Source: Candidatus Sumerlaeota bacterium (GTDB lineage: Bacteria; Sumerlaeota; Sumerlaeia; UBA8349). From it: 64,000 bases of DNA. Location: the NCBI GenBank assembly GCA_016931035.1, contig JAFGFN010000181.1, positions 3,664-67,663 of the forward strand. Direction: 5' to 3'. Shown here in pieces: positions 19,072-29,818 of this stretch. Every line of letters begins with the position of its first letter. The stretch's first letter is position 1. Both the position numbers and the translations under genes were made by a program. Below the pieces are notes generated by a model. The model ran no database searches and was not told the origin of the DNA. It worked only from the letters and a program-made list of their open reading frames with translations.

Positions 19072-20505
19072 ATGAATCATCGTCTCATCGCATCTGTCCC
19101 CACGCTTCTGTCCCTCTTGCTGCTGACCGCCTGCGCGACGGTTTCCGGGAAACCGGGCGACGCGCAGGGCCGCATCCCGGCGTTTCCCGGCGCGGAGGGT
19201 TTCGGCATGTACACGACGGGCGGGCGCGGCGGCAAAGTCTACGAAGTCACGAACCTCGACGACAGCGGACCGGGCAGTCTGCGCGAGGCCATCGACGCCG
19301 TCGGAACGCGGACGGTGGTCTTTCGCGTCTCGGGGACGATCGACCTGAAGAGCCGACTAACCATCAAGAATCCCGGCATCACCATCGCGGGCCAGACCTC
19401 GCCGGGCGACGGCATTTGTCTGAAACGCGACGCGTTGTCGGTTTCGGCGGACAACGTCATCGTCCGGTTCCTGAGGATTCGGCCCGGAGACCTGGCGGGC
19501 CGCGAGATGGATTCGCTCGGGGGGCGCTACCACAAGGACATCATGATCGACCATTGTTCCGCCTGTTGGAGCATCGACGAGTGCGTTTCGTTCTACCGCA
19601 ACGAGAACGTGACCGTTCAATGGTGCTTGGTCGCCGAGAGTCTGCGCAAGTCGAAGCACGCCAAGGGGCCTCACGGGTACGGAGGCATCTGGGGCGGGCA
19701 CAACGGCACGTACCACCACAACCTCCTGGCGTCGCACTCGAGTCGCAATCCCCGCTTCGCGAGCGAAGAGAACGTCGATTACCGCAACAACGTGATCTTC
19801 AATTGGGGTTTCAACAGCGCCTACGGCGGCGAGGAGGCCCCCATCAATATCGTGGCGAATTACTACAAGTTCGGCCCGGCCACCATACCGGGGGTCAAGG
19901 CTCGCATCTTCGGCCCGAGCACCCGCGAAGACTCCCTCACCGGCGAACCCCTCTGGGGCGGACGTTACTATATCGCCGACAACTTCGTCTGGGGGTTTCC
20001 CGAGATCACCGCCGACAACTGGGCTGGGGGCGTCCAGGGCGATTTTCCCGAGGAGAAGATTCGCGTCGACGTCCCCTTCCCCGCGGCGCCCGTCCAGACG
20101 CAGTCGGCGGAACAGGCGTACGAGACGGTTCTGGCCTTCGCGGGCGCGATCTTTCCGAAACGCGACGCATACGACGAACGCATCGTCCAGACGGTCGTCA
20201 CCGGTTACGCGCCCTACGGGGAAACCTGGTTCGGCGGCAAGACCGGTATCATCGACTCGCAAGACGACGTCGGCGGTTGGCCCGAGTTGCAGGAAGTCGA
20301 TCCTCTCCCCGACACGGATCACGACGGAATGGACGACGACTACGAGAGAAGACACGGGTTCGACCCCGACGATCCGGCCGACGGCGCGCAGGACAAGGAC
20401 GGCGACGGCTACACGAATCTTGAAGAGCTCATGAACCGGACCGATCCGGACGAGTTCGTCGACTACACGAACCCGGCGAACAACGTGAATTCGCTTCACC
20501 GGTAA
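19072..20505 (+). CDS. Pectate lyase (PL1, AFPGAEG type), probable lipoprotein
   Basis: LLLTAC lipobox. Motifs AFPGAEGFG…TTGGRGG, VTNLDDSGPGSLR, AGQTSPGDG, IDHCS and SRNPRF. C-terminal DxDxDG repeats. Confidence 0.92.
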   Translation: MNHRLIASVPTLLSLLLLTACATVSGKPGDAQGRIPAFPGAEGFGMYTTGGRGGKVYEVTNLDDSGPGSLREAIDAVGTRTVVFRVSGTIDLKSRLTIKNPGITIAGQTSPGDGICLKRDALSVSADNVIVRFLRIRPGDLAGREMDSLGGRYHKDIMIDHCSACWSIDECVSFYRNENVTVQWCLVAESLRKSKHAKGPHGYGGIWGGHNGTYHHNLLASHSSRNPRFASEENVDYRNNVIFNWGFNSAYGGEEAPINIVANYYKFGPATIPGVKARIFGPSTREDSLTGEPLWGGRYYIADNFVWGFPEITADNWAGGVQGDFPEEKIRVDVPFPAAPVQTQSAEQAYETVLAFAGAIFPKRDAYDERIVQTVVTGYAPYGETWFGGKTGIIDSQDDVGGWPELQEVDPLPDTDHDGMDDDYERRHGFDPDDPADGAQDKDGDGYTNLEELMNRTDPDEFVDYTNPANNVNSLHR

Positions 20506-20563
20506 CAGGCGGCCGCCGGGCCGCGCAAATTGCCGATTTCCGGGAGACGCCGAGACCCGCGTT

Positions 20564-22024
20564 ATGAGACCTGTCGAGTTCAAACGCCACATCGATTTCT
20601 TTAACGGGATGGAGGAAGAAGACGTCGTCAACCTCATCCCCAACGCCCGGTCGTTCGAGTGGATTCGCGAGAACGTTCCTCTGTTCGAGTGTCCCGACCG
20701 CGATTTCGAGAGAGTCTATTACTTCCGCTGGTGGACGTTTCGCAAACACATCAAGGAGACGCCCGACGGATTCGTGATCACCGAGTTTATTCTTCCGGTC
20801 CGTCACGCGGGGGTCCACAACACGGTGAGCTGCGCCACCGGGTTTCACCTGGCCGAAGGGCGCTGGCTTCGCGACCGGCGGTATTTGGATCAGTACACGA
20901 TGTTCTGGTTCCGAGGGAGCGAAGGCGGTCCTCAGCCTCATTTCCACAAGTACAGCAGTTGGGTGGCCGACGCCCTCTGGGGTCGCTACCTGGTCGACGG
21001 CGATCGGGAGTTCGTTGTGGGCCTTCTCGACGATCTGGTGCGCGACTACGAGAAATGGGAAGAGGAAAAGGGGCTGCCCGACGGCCTGTTCTGGCAGTTC
21101 GACGTGCGCGACGGGATGGAGGAGTCGATCAGCGGCTCGCGCAAGGCGCAGAACGCCCGTCCCACGATCGGCAGCTATATGTTCGCCAACGCCCGCGCCA
21201 TCGCCCGCGTCGCCGAGATGGCGGGGCGCGACGACGTTGCGGAGCGGTTTCGGGCAAAAGCCGAGAGCATTCGGCGCGCGGTCGAGCGACATCTCTGGGA
21301 CCCGCAGGCGAAGTTCTACAAGGTGCGGTTCGAAGACGGGACACTTTCCGACGCGCGCGAAGCGATCGGCTTCATCCCTTGGTGCTTCGACCTTCCGGAG
21401 GCGGGTCGCGAAGAGGCGTGGCGAGAGATACTGGATCCCGAGGGATTCCAGGCCCCGAAGGGCCTGACGACGGCCGAGCGACGTCATCCGCTGTTCCGCA
21501 GCCACGGCGTGGGGGACTGCGAATGGGACGGCGCGGTCTGGCCGTTCGCGACGAGCCAGACCCTGGGGGCTCTGGCCAACGTCCTGCGCCATTACAAACA
21601 GGATAATGCGACCCGCAAGGATTACTTCGACGCCCTCCTGACCTATGCCCGTTCGCACGAGAAGAACGGCAAGCCCTACATCGGCGAGTACCACGACGAG
21701 GTGACGGGCGAATGGCTCAAGGGCGACAACCCGCGGAGCCGCTACTACAACCACTCGACGTTTTGCGATCTCGCGATCACGGGTCTTGTCGGGTTGTGTC
21801 CCCGCGACGACGACGTGGTCGAGATCGATCCGTTGATTCCCGCCGACGCGTGGGACTGGTTCCGTCTCGAAGGCGTTCCCTATCGCGGACGGACGTTGAC
21901 GATCGTGTGGGACCGCGACGGGACGCACTACGAAGAAGGCCGAGGGCTGCGCGTATTGGCCGACGGGCGCGAGATCGTCCGGTCCGACGCCCTCGCACGC
22001 ATCGAGGGACGACTCGAAGGGTGA
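20564..22024 (+). CDS. Six-hairpin glycoside hydrolase (GH63/MGH1-like)
   Basis: NVPLFECPD…YYFRWW, DGMEESISG, TTAERRHP, WDGAVWPFAT and YNHSTFCDL motifs. No signal peptide. Confidence 0.75.
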   Translation: MRPVEFKRHIDFFNGMEEEDVVNLIPNARSFEWIRENVPLFECPDRDFERVYYFRWWTFRKHIKETPDGFVITEFILPVRHAGVHNTVSCATGFHLAEGRWLRDRRYLDQYTMFWFRGSEGGPQPHFHKYSSWVADALWGRYLVDGDREFVVGLLDDLVRDYEKWEEEKGLPDGLFWQFDVRDGMEESISGSRKAQNARPTIGSYMFANARAIARVAEMAGRDDVAERFRAKAESIRRAVERHLWDPQAKFYKVRFEDGTLSDAREAIGFIPWCFDLPEAGREEAWREILDPEGFQAPKGLTTAERRHPLFRSHGVGDCEWDGAVWPFATSQTLGALANVLRHYKQDNATRKDYFDALLTYARSHEKNGKPYIGEYHDEVTGEWLKGDNPRSRYYNHSTFCDLAITGLVGLCPRDDDVVEIDPLIPADAWDWFRLEGVPYRGRTLTIVWDRDGTHYEEGRGLRVLADGREIVRSDALARIEGRLEG

Positions 22025-22043
22025 GATCGCGAGGCGCGGAAAG

Positions 22044-23006
22044 ATGACCGATGATCGTGCGAAGCCCAACTCGTCCGAATCGCCGAAAGGCGGCGCGCTC
22101 GACGGCGAACGACACCGGGTACTTGTCCTGTCCGATATCGGAGGCCGGGACGAAGACGACGCGCAGTCGCTGGTGCATTATCTTCTCTACGCGGACCTGT
22201 TCGACACCGAGGGATTCGTGTCGTCTCCCCCGGGCGCGGGACGCGCGAAGGACTTTCTCGACGCGATCGACGTGTACGAAAAGGACTATGCGAAACTGGC
22301 GGGGCATTCCCCGCGTTATCCGACGCCGGATTCGCTGCGCGCGGTCGTGAAGCAAGGGGCGGGCGCCCCGTCGCCGCGCCAAGGCGTCGACCACCCGACC
22401 GAAGGTTCGAAATGGATTGTCGAGTGCGCCCGCCGCGACGACCCGCGTCCCCTGTGGGTGTTGGTTTGGGGGGCGATGACCGATTTGGCCCAGGCGCTCC
22501 ACGATGCGCCCGACATCGCTCCGCGCATTCGAGTGCACTTCATCGCGGGAACGAACGAGGAGAGCGACCAGACCGCCTTCGACTATGTGCGTTTCGAGTT
22601 CCGGGATCTTTGGCTGATCTACGACAAGACGACGTTTCGCGGGTGGTACATCGGCGGCGACCAGGAGGGCGATTTGGAGAACGGCGCGTTCGTCGAGACC
22701 CATGCCAAAGGGCACGGGGCGCTGGGCGATCGTTTCGCGTCGTTGCGACACGGCCGCATCAAGATGGCCGACACCCCGACCGTGGCGTATCTTCTCAGGG
22801 GCGACCCGGACGATCCCGAGTCGGAGAGTTGGGGCGGACGGTTCGTTCGCGACTCGGACCGTCCCGCCTGGTGGAAGGACGACCCCTCGCCGTCGTTCGC
22901 CGAGATGTCCACGGACGGCGTTCGGTTCCGCGGGGCGCGGACGATCAACATGTGGCGGCGCGACTATCTTCGCGATTTCGAAAGGCGCCTGGACAGGTGC
23001 ATCTGA
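22044..23006 (+). CDS. DUF1593 / nucleoside-hydrolase-like protein
   Basis: RVLVLSDIGG…DDAQSLVHYLLYAD, DPRPLWVLVWG, KMADTP and SWGGRF motifs. Confidence 0.8.
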   Translation: MTDDRAKPNSSESPKGGALDGERHRVLVLSDIGGRDEDDAQSLVHYLLYADLFDTEGFVSSPPGAGRAKDFLDAIDVYEKDYAKLAGHSPRYPTPDSLRAVVKQGAGAPSPRQGVDHPTEGSKWIVECARRDDPRPLWVLVWGAMTDLAQALHDAPDIAPRIRVHFIAGTNEESDQTAFDYVRFEFRDLWLIYDKTTFRGWYIGGDQEGDLENGAFVETHAKGHGALGDRFASLRHGRIKMADTPTVAYLLRGDPDDPESESWGGRFVRDSDRPAWWKDDPSPSFAEMSTDGVRFRGARTINMWRRDYLRDFERRLDRCI

Positions 23007-23028
23007 ACGGAGGAGGAAGACCGAGACG

Positions 23029-24306
23029 ATGAAAAGACACTGCGTGCTTCTGTCGCTGATACCCCTGGGGCTCGCGGCCGGTTGCGCGATGATCGGAGGG
23101 GCGGGCGATTCCGGCGGCTCGTCCTCGCCCTCTCTCGCCGCCGATATCGTCGTCGCTCCGGACGGATCCGGGGACTTCACGACGGTCCAGGCCGCCGTCG
23201 AGTCCATCCCGAAGGACAACGCGGAACGGATCGTCGTTCTCGTCCGCAACGGCGTGTACAACGAGAAGATCCGAATCGACGCGAGCCGCGTCACGCTGCG
23301 GGGCGAAAGTCGCAAAGGGACTCGGATCGAATACTCGCAGTTGGCGAGCGATTTCTCGAAGAACGAAGACGACATCGGCCGAGGGGTCGTCAACATCGAG
23401 GGCGACGACGCGATTCTGGAGAACCTGACCGTCGAGAACACCCAGCCGGAGGTCGGGCCGCACGCCTTCGCCGTCTTCGGACGCGGCGACCGGACGGTGA
23501 TCGTCGACTGCGACGTTCTGAGCCTGGGCGCCGACACGGTTTCGCTCTGGCGTCACGGCGGAGGGGTGTATTACCACGCGAATTGTTCATTCAAGGGCGC
23601 GGTCGATTTCGTCTGCCCGCGCGGGTGGTGTTACGTTGTCGATTGCGATTTCTACGAGACGAGAAGGGGCAGCGCCGCGATCTGGCACGACGGCCAGGGG
23701 GACGAAGACAAGAAGTTCGTCCTGCGCAACTGCCGGTTCGACGGGGTCGAGGGGTTCGCCCTCGGACGCCGCCACAAAGACGCCCAGTTCTACCTGCTCG
23801 ACGGTACGTTCTCCGAACGGATGGCCGACAAGCCGATCTTCCGCGTGACGTATCCGACCGAGCCGCATCGCGACGCGCCGAACCTCTTCGGCGATCGCTA
23901 CTACTTCTTTAACTGCCATGGCGACAAGGGGGACTTGCCGTGGTTCGCCGACAACCTCTCGACGGCCAAGGGCAGTCCGACTCCCGACCGGATCACGGCG
24001 GCCTGGACGTTCGCCGGAGAGTGGAACCCCGAATGCGCGGACCCGGTCGGGATCAAGTGCGTCACGCGCGAGGGCGATCTCTACACAATGGTTCTTGAAG
24101 AGGACGCGACGGTCCGAGGCGCGCCCGCGCTCGTTCTCGAATCGGGCGATCGCGCGGAGTATGCCTCGGGCAGCGGATCGGACCGATTGGTGTTCAAGGC
24201 GCCGAGCTCGATCGGGGGAGACCCCAGGAAGATCGATCTGAACGGAGGCGCGGTTTTCGCATGTCAGGCCGGCCGCGCGCCTCGATTCGTCGTCTCGCTA
24301 CCCTGA
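23029..24306 (+). CDS. Pectinesterase (CE8), probable lipoprotein
   Basis: RBS GGAGGAGG; LAAGC lipobox. Motifs VVAPDGSGDFTTVQAAV, GVYNEK, GADT, GAVDFVCPRG and LGR. Confidence 0.88.
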   Translation: MKRHCVLLSLIPLGLAAGCAMIGGAGDSGGSSSPSLAADIVVAPDGSGDFTTVQAAVESIPKDNAERIVVLVRNGVYNEKIRIDASRVTLRGESRKGTRIEYSQLASDFSKNEDDIGRGVVNIEGDDAILENLTVENTQPEVGPHAFAVFGRGDRTVIVDCDVLSLGADTVSLWRHGGGVYYHANCSFKGAVDFVCPRGWCYVVDCDFYETRRGSAAIWHDGQGDEDKKFVLRNCRFDGVEGFALGRRHKDAQFYLLDGTFSERMADKPIFRVTYPTEPHRDAPNLFGDRYYFFNCHGDKGDLPWFADNLSTAKGSPTPDRITAAWTFAGEWNPECADPVGIKCVTREGDLYTMVLEEDATVRGAPALVLESGDRAEYASGSGSDRLVFKAPSSIGGDPRKIDLNGGAVFACQAGRAPRFVVSLP

Positions 24307-24362
24307 GCGACGGCCGAGGCGGACCGGCGACGGTGCAACTTTTCGTCGAAGGAGAATGTCGT

Positions 24363-25721
24363 ATGACAAGAAAATGCGGTTTACTCCTGAGTCTGCTGTT
24401 TATGTGTATCCAGCCCGTGAGAGGAGGCATCCCCGTTTTCCCCGGGGCCGAGGGCTTCGGCGCCGAAGCGACAGGCGGGCGCGGCGGTCGAGTGATCGAG
24501 GTCACGAACCTCAACGACCACGGTCCCGGAAGCCTGCGCGAGGCGGTCACTACGACCGGGACGCGGATCGTCGTGTTCCGCGTGGCGGGCTATATCGACC
24601 TCGAGTCGCAACTCCGGATCGATCAACCCGATATCACCGTCGCGGGGCAGACGGCGCCCGGCGACGGAATCTGCGTGCGGGACTATCCGACGGCGATCTA
24701 CGCCGACAACGTCGTCGTGCGCTACCTGAGATTTCGCTTGGGCGACAAGCACAACCTCAAATCCGACACGTTCAACATCACGAAGCGTAAGAGGCAGAAG
24801 ACGGGATACAAAAACGTGATTCTGGACCACTGCTCGATTTCCTGGGGCGTGGACGAGTGCGCCTCGTGGTACTCGAACGGCGGCGTGACGATCCAATGGT
24901 GCATGATCGGCGAAGGGCTCAACTACAGAGGACACTCGATGGGAGGATTGTGGGGCGGTCAGAGCACCTATCACCACAACCTGATCCACTCGTGCCTGAC
25001 CCGCCATCCCAAGTTCGCCTACACCTTCGACGAGGACATCACCGATCACCGCAACAACGTCATCTACAACTGGGGAGACGAAAGCGCCTACACGAATCCC
25101 ACCGGACGGGTCAACGTCGTGGCGAACTACTACAAGTACGGTCCCTCGACGCTCGAATCGACCCGGTCGCAAATCGTGCGTGGCATGCCGGACAAGAACG
25201 GTCAGCCGACCAAACGCCTGTACGTGGCCGACAACTTCGTTTACGGATTCCCCGAGACCACGGAGGACAACTGGAACGACGGGGTTCGAGGGGCGTACCT
25301 CCGTTCCGACGAGCCCTTTCCCGCTCCCGCGGTCCGCACCCAGACCGCCGAAGAGGCGTACGGGGACGTTCTGGCCTTTGTCGGGGCGTCTCTTCCCGCG
25401 CGCGACGGCGTCGATCGCCGAGTGATCGACGATGTGACGAGCGGCACGGGACGCATCATCGACCGGCCCTCCGACGTGGGCGGCTACCCCGAGTTGCGGT
25501 CGGGGCCCGCCGTGGAAGACTCGGACCGCGACGGCATGCCCGACGCCTGGGAGTCGAAATACGGACTGAACGCGAACGACGCGTCCGACGGTCCGGCCGA
25601 CAAGGATGGCGACGGGTATACGAACGTCGAGGAGTTCTTGAACGGGACGATTCCGACGGAACACGTCGACTATACGAAACCGGAAAACAACGTTTCTTCG
25701 CTTCATCGGCGGGGCAACTGA
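24363..25721 (+). CDS. Pectate lyase (PL1, FPGAEG type), secreted
   Basis: Paralog of 19072..20505, with FPGAEGFG, VTNLNDHGPGSLR, AGQTAPGDG, LDHCSISWGVDE and DSDRDGMPDAWE. Confidence 0.92.
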   Translation: MTRKCGLLLSLLFMCIQPVRGGIPVFPGAEGFGAEATGGRGGRVIEVTNLNDHGPGSLREAVTTTGTRIVVFRVAGYIDLESQLRIDQPDITVAGQTAPGDGICVRDYPTAIYADNVVVRYLRFRLGDKHNLKSDTFNITKRKRQKTGYKNVILDHCSISWGVDECASWYSNGGVTIQWCMIGEGLNYRGHSMGGLWGGQSTYHHNLIHSCLTRHPKFAYTFDEDITDHRNNVIYNWGDESAYTNPTGRVNVVANYYKYGPSTLESTRSQIVRGMPDKNGQPTKRLYVADNFVYGFPETTEDNWNDGVRGAYLRSDEPFPAPAVRTQTAEEAYGDVLAFVGASLPARDGVDRRVIDDVTSGTGRIIDRPSDVGGYPELRSGPAVEDSDRDGMPDAWESKYGLNANDASDGPADKDGDGYTNVEEFLNGTIPTEHVDYTKPENNVSSLHRRGN

Positions 25722-25740
25722 AACAAGGAGGAAACACTTC

Positions 25741-27456
25741 ATGCTCCCCGCGAACACTCACCATTCCGAGAGCCCGCCGAGAATCCGGCGAGTCCTGACT
25801 TTCTGCCTTGCCGTGGCGATTCTGGGCGCGGCGCCTTCCCTCACGTGGGGGGCGTTGACCCTGACGAGCCTCTTTCCGGCGAACGGGGCCACGAACCAGT
25901 GCCAAGACACGCACCTACTCATCACCTTCAATTCCGCGCCGACTCTGGGCTCTTCCGGCGCGATCGCCATCTACAAGGCTTCGGACAGCTCGGTCGTCGA
26001 CACGATCGACGCGGCTTCGTCGTTCTCGTCGCGCAAGATTGGCGGCGCGACATTCAACTACTACCACATTCTCATCCGCGGCAACACGGCGGTGATTACC
26101 CTTCACAACACGAGCACCGGCACGAGCAACGAGAAGCTCGCCTACGGCACCGAGTACTACGTCAACGTCGATTCGGGCGTCTTCCCGGGCTTCGCCGGAA
26201 TCTCCGGCACCTCGTCGTGGCGTTTCACGGTCAAGTCCACGCCGCCCGCCACGGGCGCCGACCTGACGATCGCGGCGGATGGGACCGGAGATTTCTGCAC
26301 ACTCCAGGGAGCGGCGGATTGGATCGCCTCGGGGAACACGACGCCCCGCACTTTCACGATGAACGCCGGCATGTACGACGAGATCGTCTATGTTTCCAAC
26401 AAGCATAACATCACCGTGCACGGCGCCAGCCGGACCGGAACCGTGATCGCGTATCCCAACAACGCCGACATCAACTCCAACCGCCACATGATCCGGCTCT
26501 ACAACTCGAACGATTGGACGTTCGAGAATCTGACCCTGCACAACACGACTCCCGACGACGTGAGCCAGGCCGAAGCGTTGCGATCCGACGGCTATCGCAC
26601 GAAAATCCTCGGATGCGATCTGAAGAGCTATCAGGACACGCTCTACTACGGCAAGACCTCTTATTACTACGACTGCTATATCGAGGGCGACACCGATTTC
26701 GTCTGGGGACCTGGGATCGGCTATTTCGACAACTGCGAGATCAAGGCTTTAAACCCGGGGTACAACTGTTGGGCGCGCAACGGGGCTTCGGCGTACGGAA
26801 CCGTCTTTGTCGATTGCACGCTCACCCGCCAAGGGTCCATCACTGGTCACTACCTGGCTCGCACGGACTCGGGGGATTACAGATACAGCCACGTGGCCTA
26901 TGTGAACTGCAAGATGGACGCGCACATCCCCGCGCTGGGATGGCCCGCCGGGTCTCCCTCGACCGTTCGGTGGTGGGAATACCAGAGCGCCAACCTGGTC
27001 GGGACCCCGCTCGACGTGAGCGGCCGCAACGCGGTCTCGCGCCAGATCAGCGACTCCGAAGCGGCTCAGATGCGCGATGCGTCGCACGTGCTTGGCGGAA
27101 GCACCTCGTGGGATCCGATCACCGGGCGGCCCGGTCAGGCCGGCAGCCCGTACCCCGCCAACGGCGCGGAGCACGTGACCGTGCCGTCGCTGACTCTGAC
27201 CTGGACCCCCGGAAGCGACACGACCACCCATTCGGTCTATTTCGGCACGTCGAATCCTCCCGACATGGCTCCCGCTACCCCGGGCGATGCGGAGTTCGAC
27301 ACGGGGGCGCTCACGTCCGACACGACCTACTATTGGCGCGTGGACGAGGTGAACGCCACGGGGATCAAGGTGGGTACGCTCTGGTCCTTCGATACGAACA
27401 TCAACCCGGCGCCGCCTGAGGCCGGGGTGGAGAATTGGGCGATTCACGACCGGTGA
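25741..27456 (+). CDS. Secreted pectinesterase (CE8) with Ig-like N-terminal domain and WAIHDR tail
   Basis: Signal peptide; Ig-like start FPANGAT…. CE8 motifs AADGTGDFCTLQGA, QAEAL, SYQDTLY and IEGDTDFVWG. C-terminal domain with YYWRVDE. Confidence 0.88.
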   Translation: MLPANTHHSESPPRIRRVLTFCLAVAILGAAPSLTWGALTLTSLFPANGATNQCQDTHLLITFNSAPTLGSSGAIAIYKASDSSVVDTIDAASSFSSRKIGGATFNYYHILIRGNTAVITLHNTSTGTSNEKLAYGTEYYVNVDSGVFPGFAGISGTSSWRFTVKSTPPATGADLTIAADGTGDFCTLQGAADWIASGNTTPRTFTMNAGMYDEIVYVSNKHNITVHGASRTGTVIAYPNNADINSNRHMIRLYNSNDWTFENLTLHNTTPDDVSQAEALRSDGYRTKILGCDLKSYQDTLYYGKTSYYYDCYIEGDTDFVWGPGIGYFDNCEIKALNPGYNCWARNGASAYGTVFVDCTLTRQGSITGHYLARTDSGDYRYSHVAYVNCKMDAHIPALGWPAGSPSTVRWWEYQSANLVGTPLDVSGRNAVSRQISDSEAAQMRDASHVLGGSTSWDPITGRPGQAGSPYPANGAEHVTVPSLTLTWTPGSDTTTHSVYFGTSNPPDMAPATPGDAEFDTGALTSDTTYYWRVDEVNATGIKVGTLWSFDTNINPAPPEAGVENWAIHDR

Positions 27457-27677
27457 TCGGTCGAACCGACCCGACCGGATGTCGGATCGGGCAGGACTCC
27501 AAACACAACCGGGGGACGCGAATCGCGGGCGGTTCGTGTCCCCCGATTTCGTGTCCGACCGGGGTGGGCGGAGCGGAAGGGAAAACCCTCGCGCTCGGTG
27601 GAGTCTTTCACTAAACTTGCACCGCGATGCCTTGCGCTCGTCGCACGGCGGAGAGAAGCGTACCCCGAGAGAGCGCC

Positions 27678-29687
27678 GTGAACGGACAACCCTCGATCCC
27701 TGACGGGCGATTCACCTCGATACGCTTCTGCGTCGCACTGGGCGTGGGAATGGCTGGCGCGGCGGGGATCTGGTGGGCGACGCCCTACGTCAACTATGTG
27801 ATGCGGGCGACGGACCTGACCGAAGGGTACATTCCTCAGGGCGCGCTGATCGGCGTGTTGGCGCTCGTCGGGATCGTGAATCCGTTGCTGGGCGCGGTCA
27901 ACGAGAAGTGGCGTCTGTCGTCGCGCCAGATGGCTCTGGCCGTGGGCGTGATGCTGATCGCATGCACGACGGCCGGACACGGCCTCATGCGGTGGCTGCC
28001 GTTCGTTCTGGCTAAGATCCCGGCCAACGTGAGCGGAAACGTCACGCTGGCCGAGGCGTACGCCCAGATGAACCTGCCCGCGTACCTGTTTCCGGCGCCG
28101 TTGGGCGCGGGGACTTCGTCGAGTGTCGTGGACTACTTTCTCGTCGAGCTGCCGGTCGGCGAATCGATTCCGTGGGGGGCGTGGTTTCGTCCTCTGTGGG
28201 GCTGGGGTTCGTTCTTGATCGGTTGCTGGATGTTGATGATCGGGACGGCCGCGATCGTCTTGCCGCAATGGCGCCGCAACGAACGCCTGGCCTTCCCGCT
28301 TCTGGAGGTTTATCAACCGCTTCTCGAATCGCCCGGACCGGGGCGAATTCTCCCGCCCTTGTTCCGCAGCCGCTTGTTCGTCGGTTCGACCGCGTTGATC
28401 TTTCTTCTTTTCATTCTCCAGGGTTTCGAGAACTATCATCCCGGCCACGTCCCGCGCATCCCGCTCGGCTGGAACATGCGGCGACTCTTCACCGAGGGGT
28501 TTCTGCGCAGCCTGCCGGGTTTTCTGGTCGAGGGGCGTCTTCTTTTCATTGTGATCGGCGCGACGTTCTTCATGCCCACCCGCGCGAGCTTCTCGATCTG
28601 GTTCTTCATCGTCGCCTATGGGTTCTACGAGGCGATCGCGAAAAACTTCTTTCCTCCGTACCACAGCGACTCGGTGGCCGACCACCGCATGGGGGCCATG
28701 CTGGCGATGACGGCCATCATCCTCTGGCTCGGACGCACGCACTGGCTTCGCGTGTTGCGGTGTTCGTTCTCGCGCGCTAGGTCGGAGGACGACAGGCGCG
28801 ATCGAACGGCGGGTCTGACCTTCCTGCTAGGGTGCGCGATCGTCACGGCCTGGTTCGCCGTCGTGGTTCACGTGCCCGTGTTCTGGGCCGTGTTCTTCAC
28901 GGGATTCGGCTTCATGATCTCGCTGTTGATCGCGCGGGTCGTGTGCGAGACGGGGCTGCCGTTCGCCGGAATGGACTGCGCGTATCGGATCAGTCTGGTC
29001 AAGCTGGCGCCGGCGAGTTGGTTGGGGCCGAACACGTTGTACTTCGCCGTGGTCTCGTCGATCGTGTTCGCCGTGTCGTCGGGAATCAGTCCGGCCGCGA
29101 TGGCAACCCAAGCCGTCGTGCTGGACAAGAAGGCGGGACCGACCTACCGTTCGCGGCTCTCCCTCTTGTTCATCGGATGTCTTGTGGTCGGGCTTGTGGT
29201 GGGTGGCATGGCGGCCCTGAACGCTTCGTATCACCATAGCGTGACACTGGACGGGGTCGAGCAGCCGGTTTCGTCGTGGGGGACGACGGTGTTCGACAAC
29301 GGGGACCGCGACATCCTGGCCTGGGCGAGGGGGATCGTCGACCGGCCGCTCTACCATCAGAAGACGCATATCGTTTTCGGCGCGGCGCTCACCGTGGCGC
29401 TCGAACGGCTGAGCCTGACCATGCCGAGATGGCCGTTGCATCCGATCGGAATGCTCATGGTGAAGACATGGTGGGCCGAACGAGCCTGGACCAGCATTTG
29501 CATCGGCTGGCTGCTCAAGATTCTGCTCTTGCGCTACGGCGGCGCACGGCTCTACCGCGCGGCGGCGCCGGTCTTCTTGGGGATGATCATGGGGACCGTG
29601 TTGGCCTCGATCTTCTGGACCTTACACGCGGTTGCGATGGTTCTGCTCGACAAGCCCTACGTAACCGGCATCATGGACGCGTACTGA
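27678..29687 (+). CDS. DUF6785/DUF6784-like multi-pass membrane protein (putative transporter), copy 1
   Basis: Many TM segments, with IPWGAW, QWRRNERLAFPL, SFSIWFF, WPLHPIG, GWLLKILLLRYGG and PVFLGMIMG motifs. GTG start assumed. Confidence 0.75.
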   Translation: MNGQPSIPDGRFTSIRFCVALGVGMAGAAGIWWATPYVNYVMRATDLTEGYIPQGALIGVLALVGIVNPLLGAVNEKWRLSSRQMALAVGVMLIACTTAGHGLMRWLPFVLAKIPANVSGNVTLAEAYAQMNLPAYLFPAPLGAGTSSSVVDYFLVELPVGESIPWGAWFRPLWGWGSFLIGCWMLMIGTAAIVLPQWRRNERLAFPLLEVYQPLLESPGPGRILPPLFRSRLFVGSTALIFLLFILQGFENYHPGHVPRIPLGWNMRRLFTEGFLRSLPGFLVEGRLLFIVIGATFFMPTRASFSIWFFIVAYGFYEAIAKNFFPPYHSDSVADHRMGAMLAMTAIILWLGRTHWLRVLRCSFSRARSEDDRRDRTAGLTFLLGCAIVTAWFAVVVHVPVFWAVFFTGFGFMISLLIARVVCETGLPFAGMDCAYRISLVKLAPASWLGPNTLYFAVVSSIVFAVSSGISPAAMATQAVVLDKKAGPTYRSRLSLLFIGCLVVGLVVGGMAALNASYHHSVTLDGVEQPVSSWGTTVFDNGDRDILAWARGIVDRPLYHQKTHIVFGAALTVALERLSLTMPRWPLHPIGMLMVKTWWAERAWTSICIGWLLKILLLRYGGARLYRAAAPVFLGMIMGTVLASIFWTLHAVAMVLLDKPYVTGIMDAY

Positions 29688-29818
29688 GTCGCCCGCTACG
29701 CGGGCCGCCGTCTCGTTCCCGTGGGCCGCGCTCAAGGCCTCAGGGCGCGACGAATTCGAAGAGGAATGCCCACGTTCGCTTCGCCGCGACGAATCGTTTT
29801 AGACCGAGAGAGCGTGAG

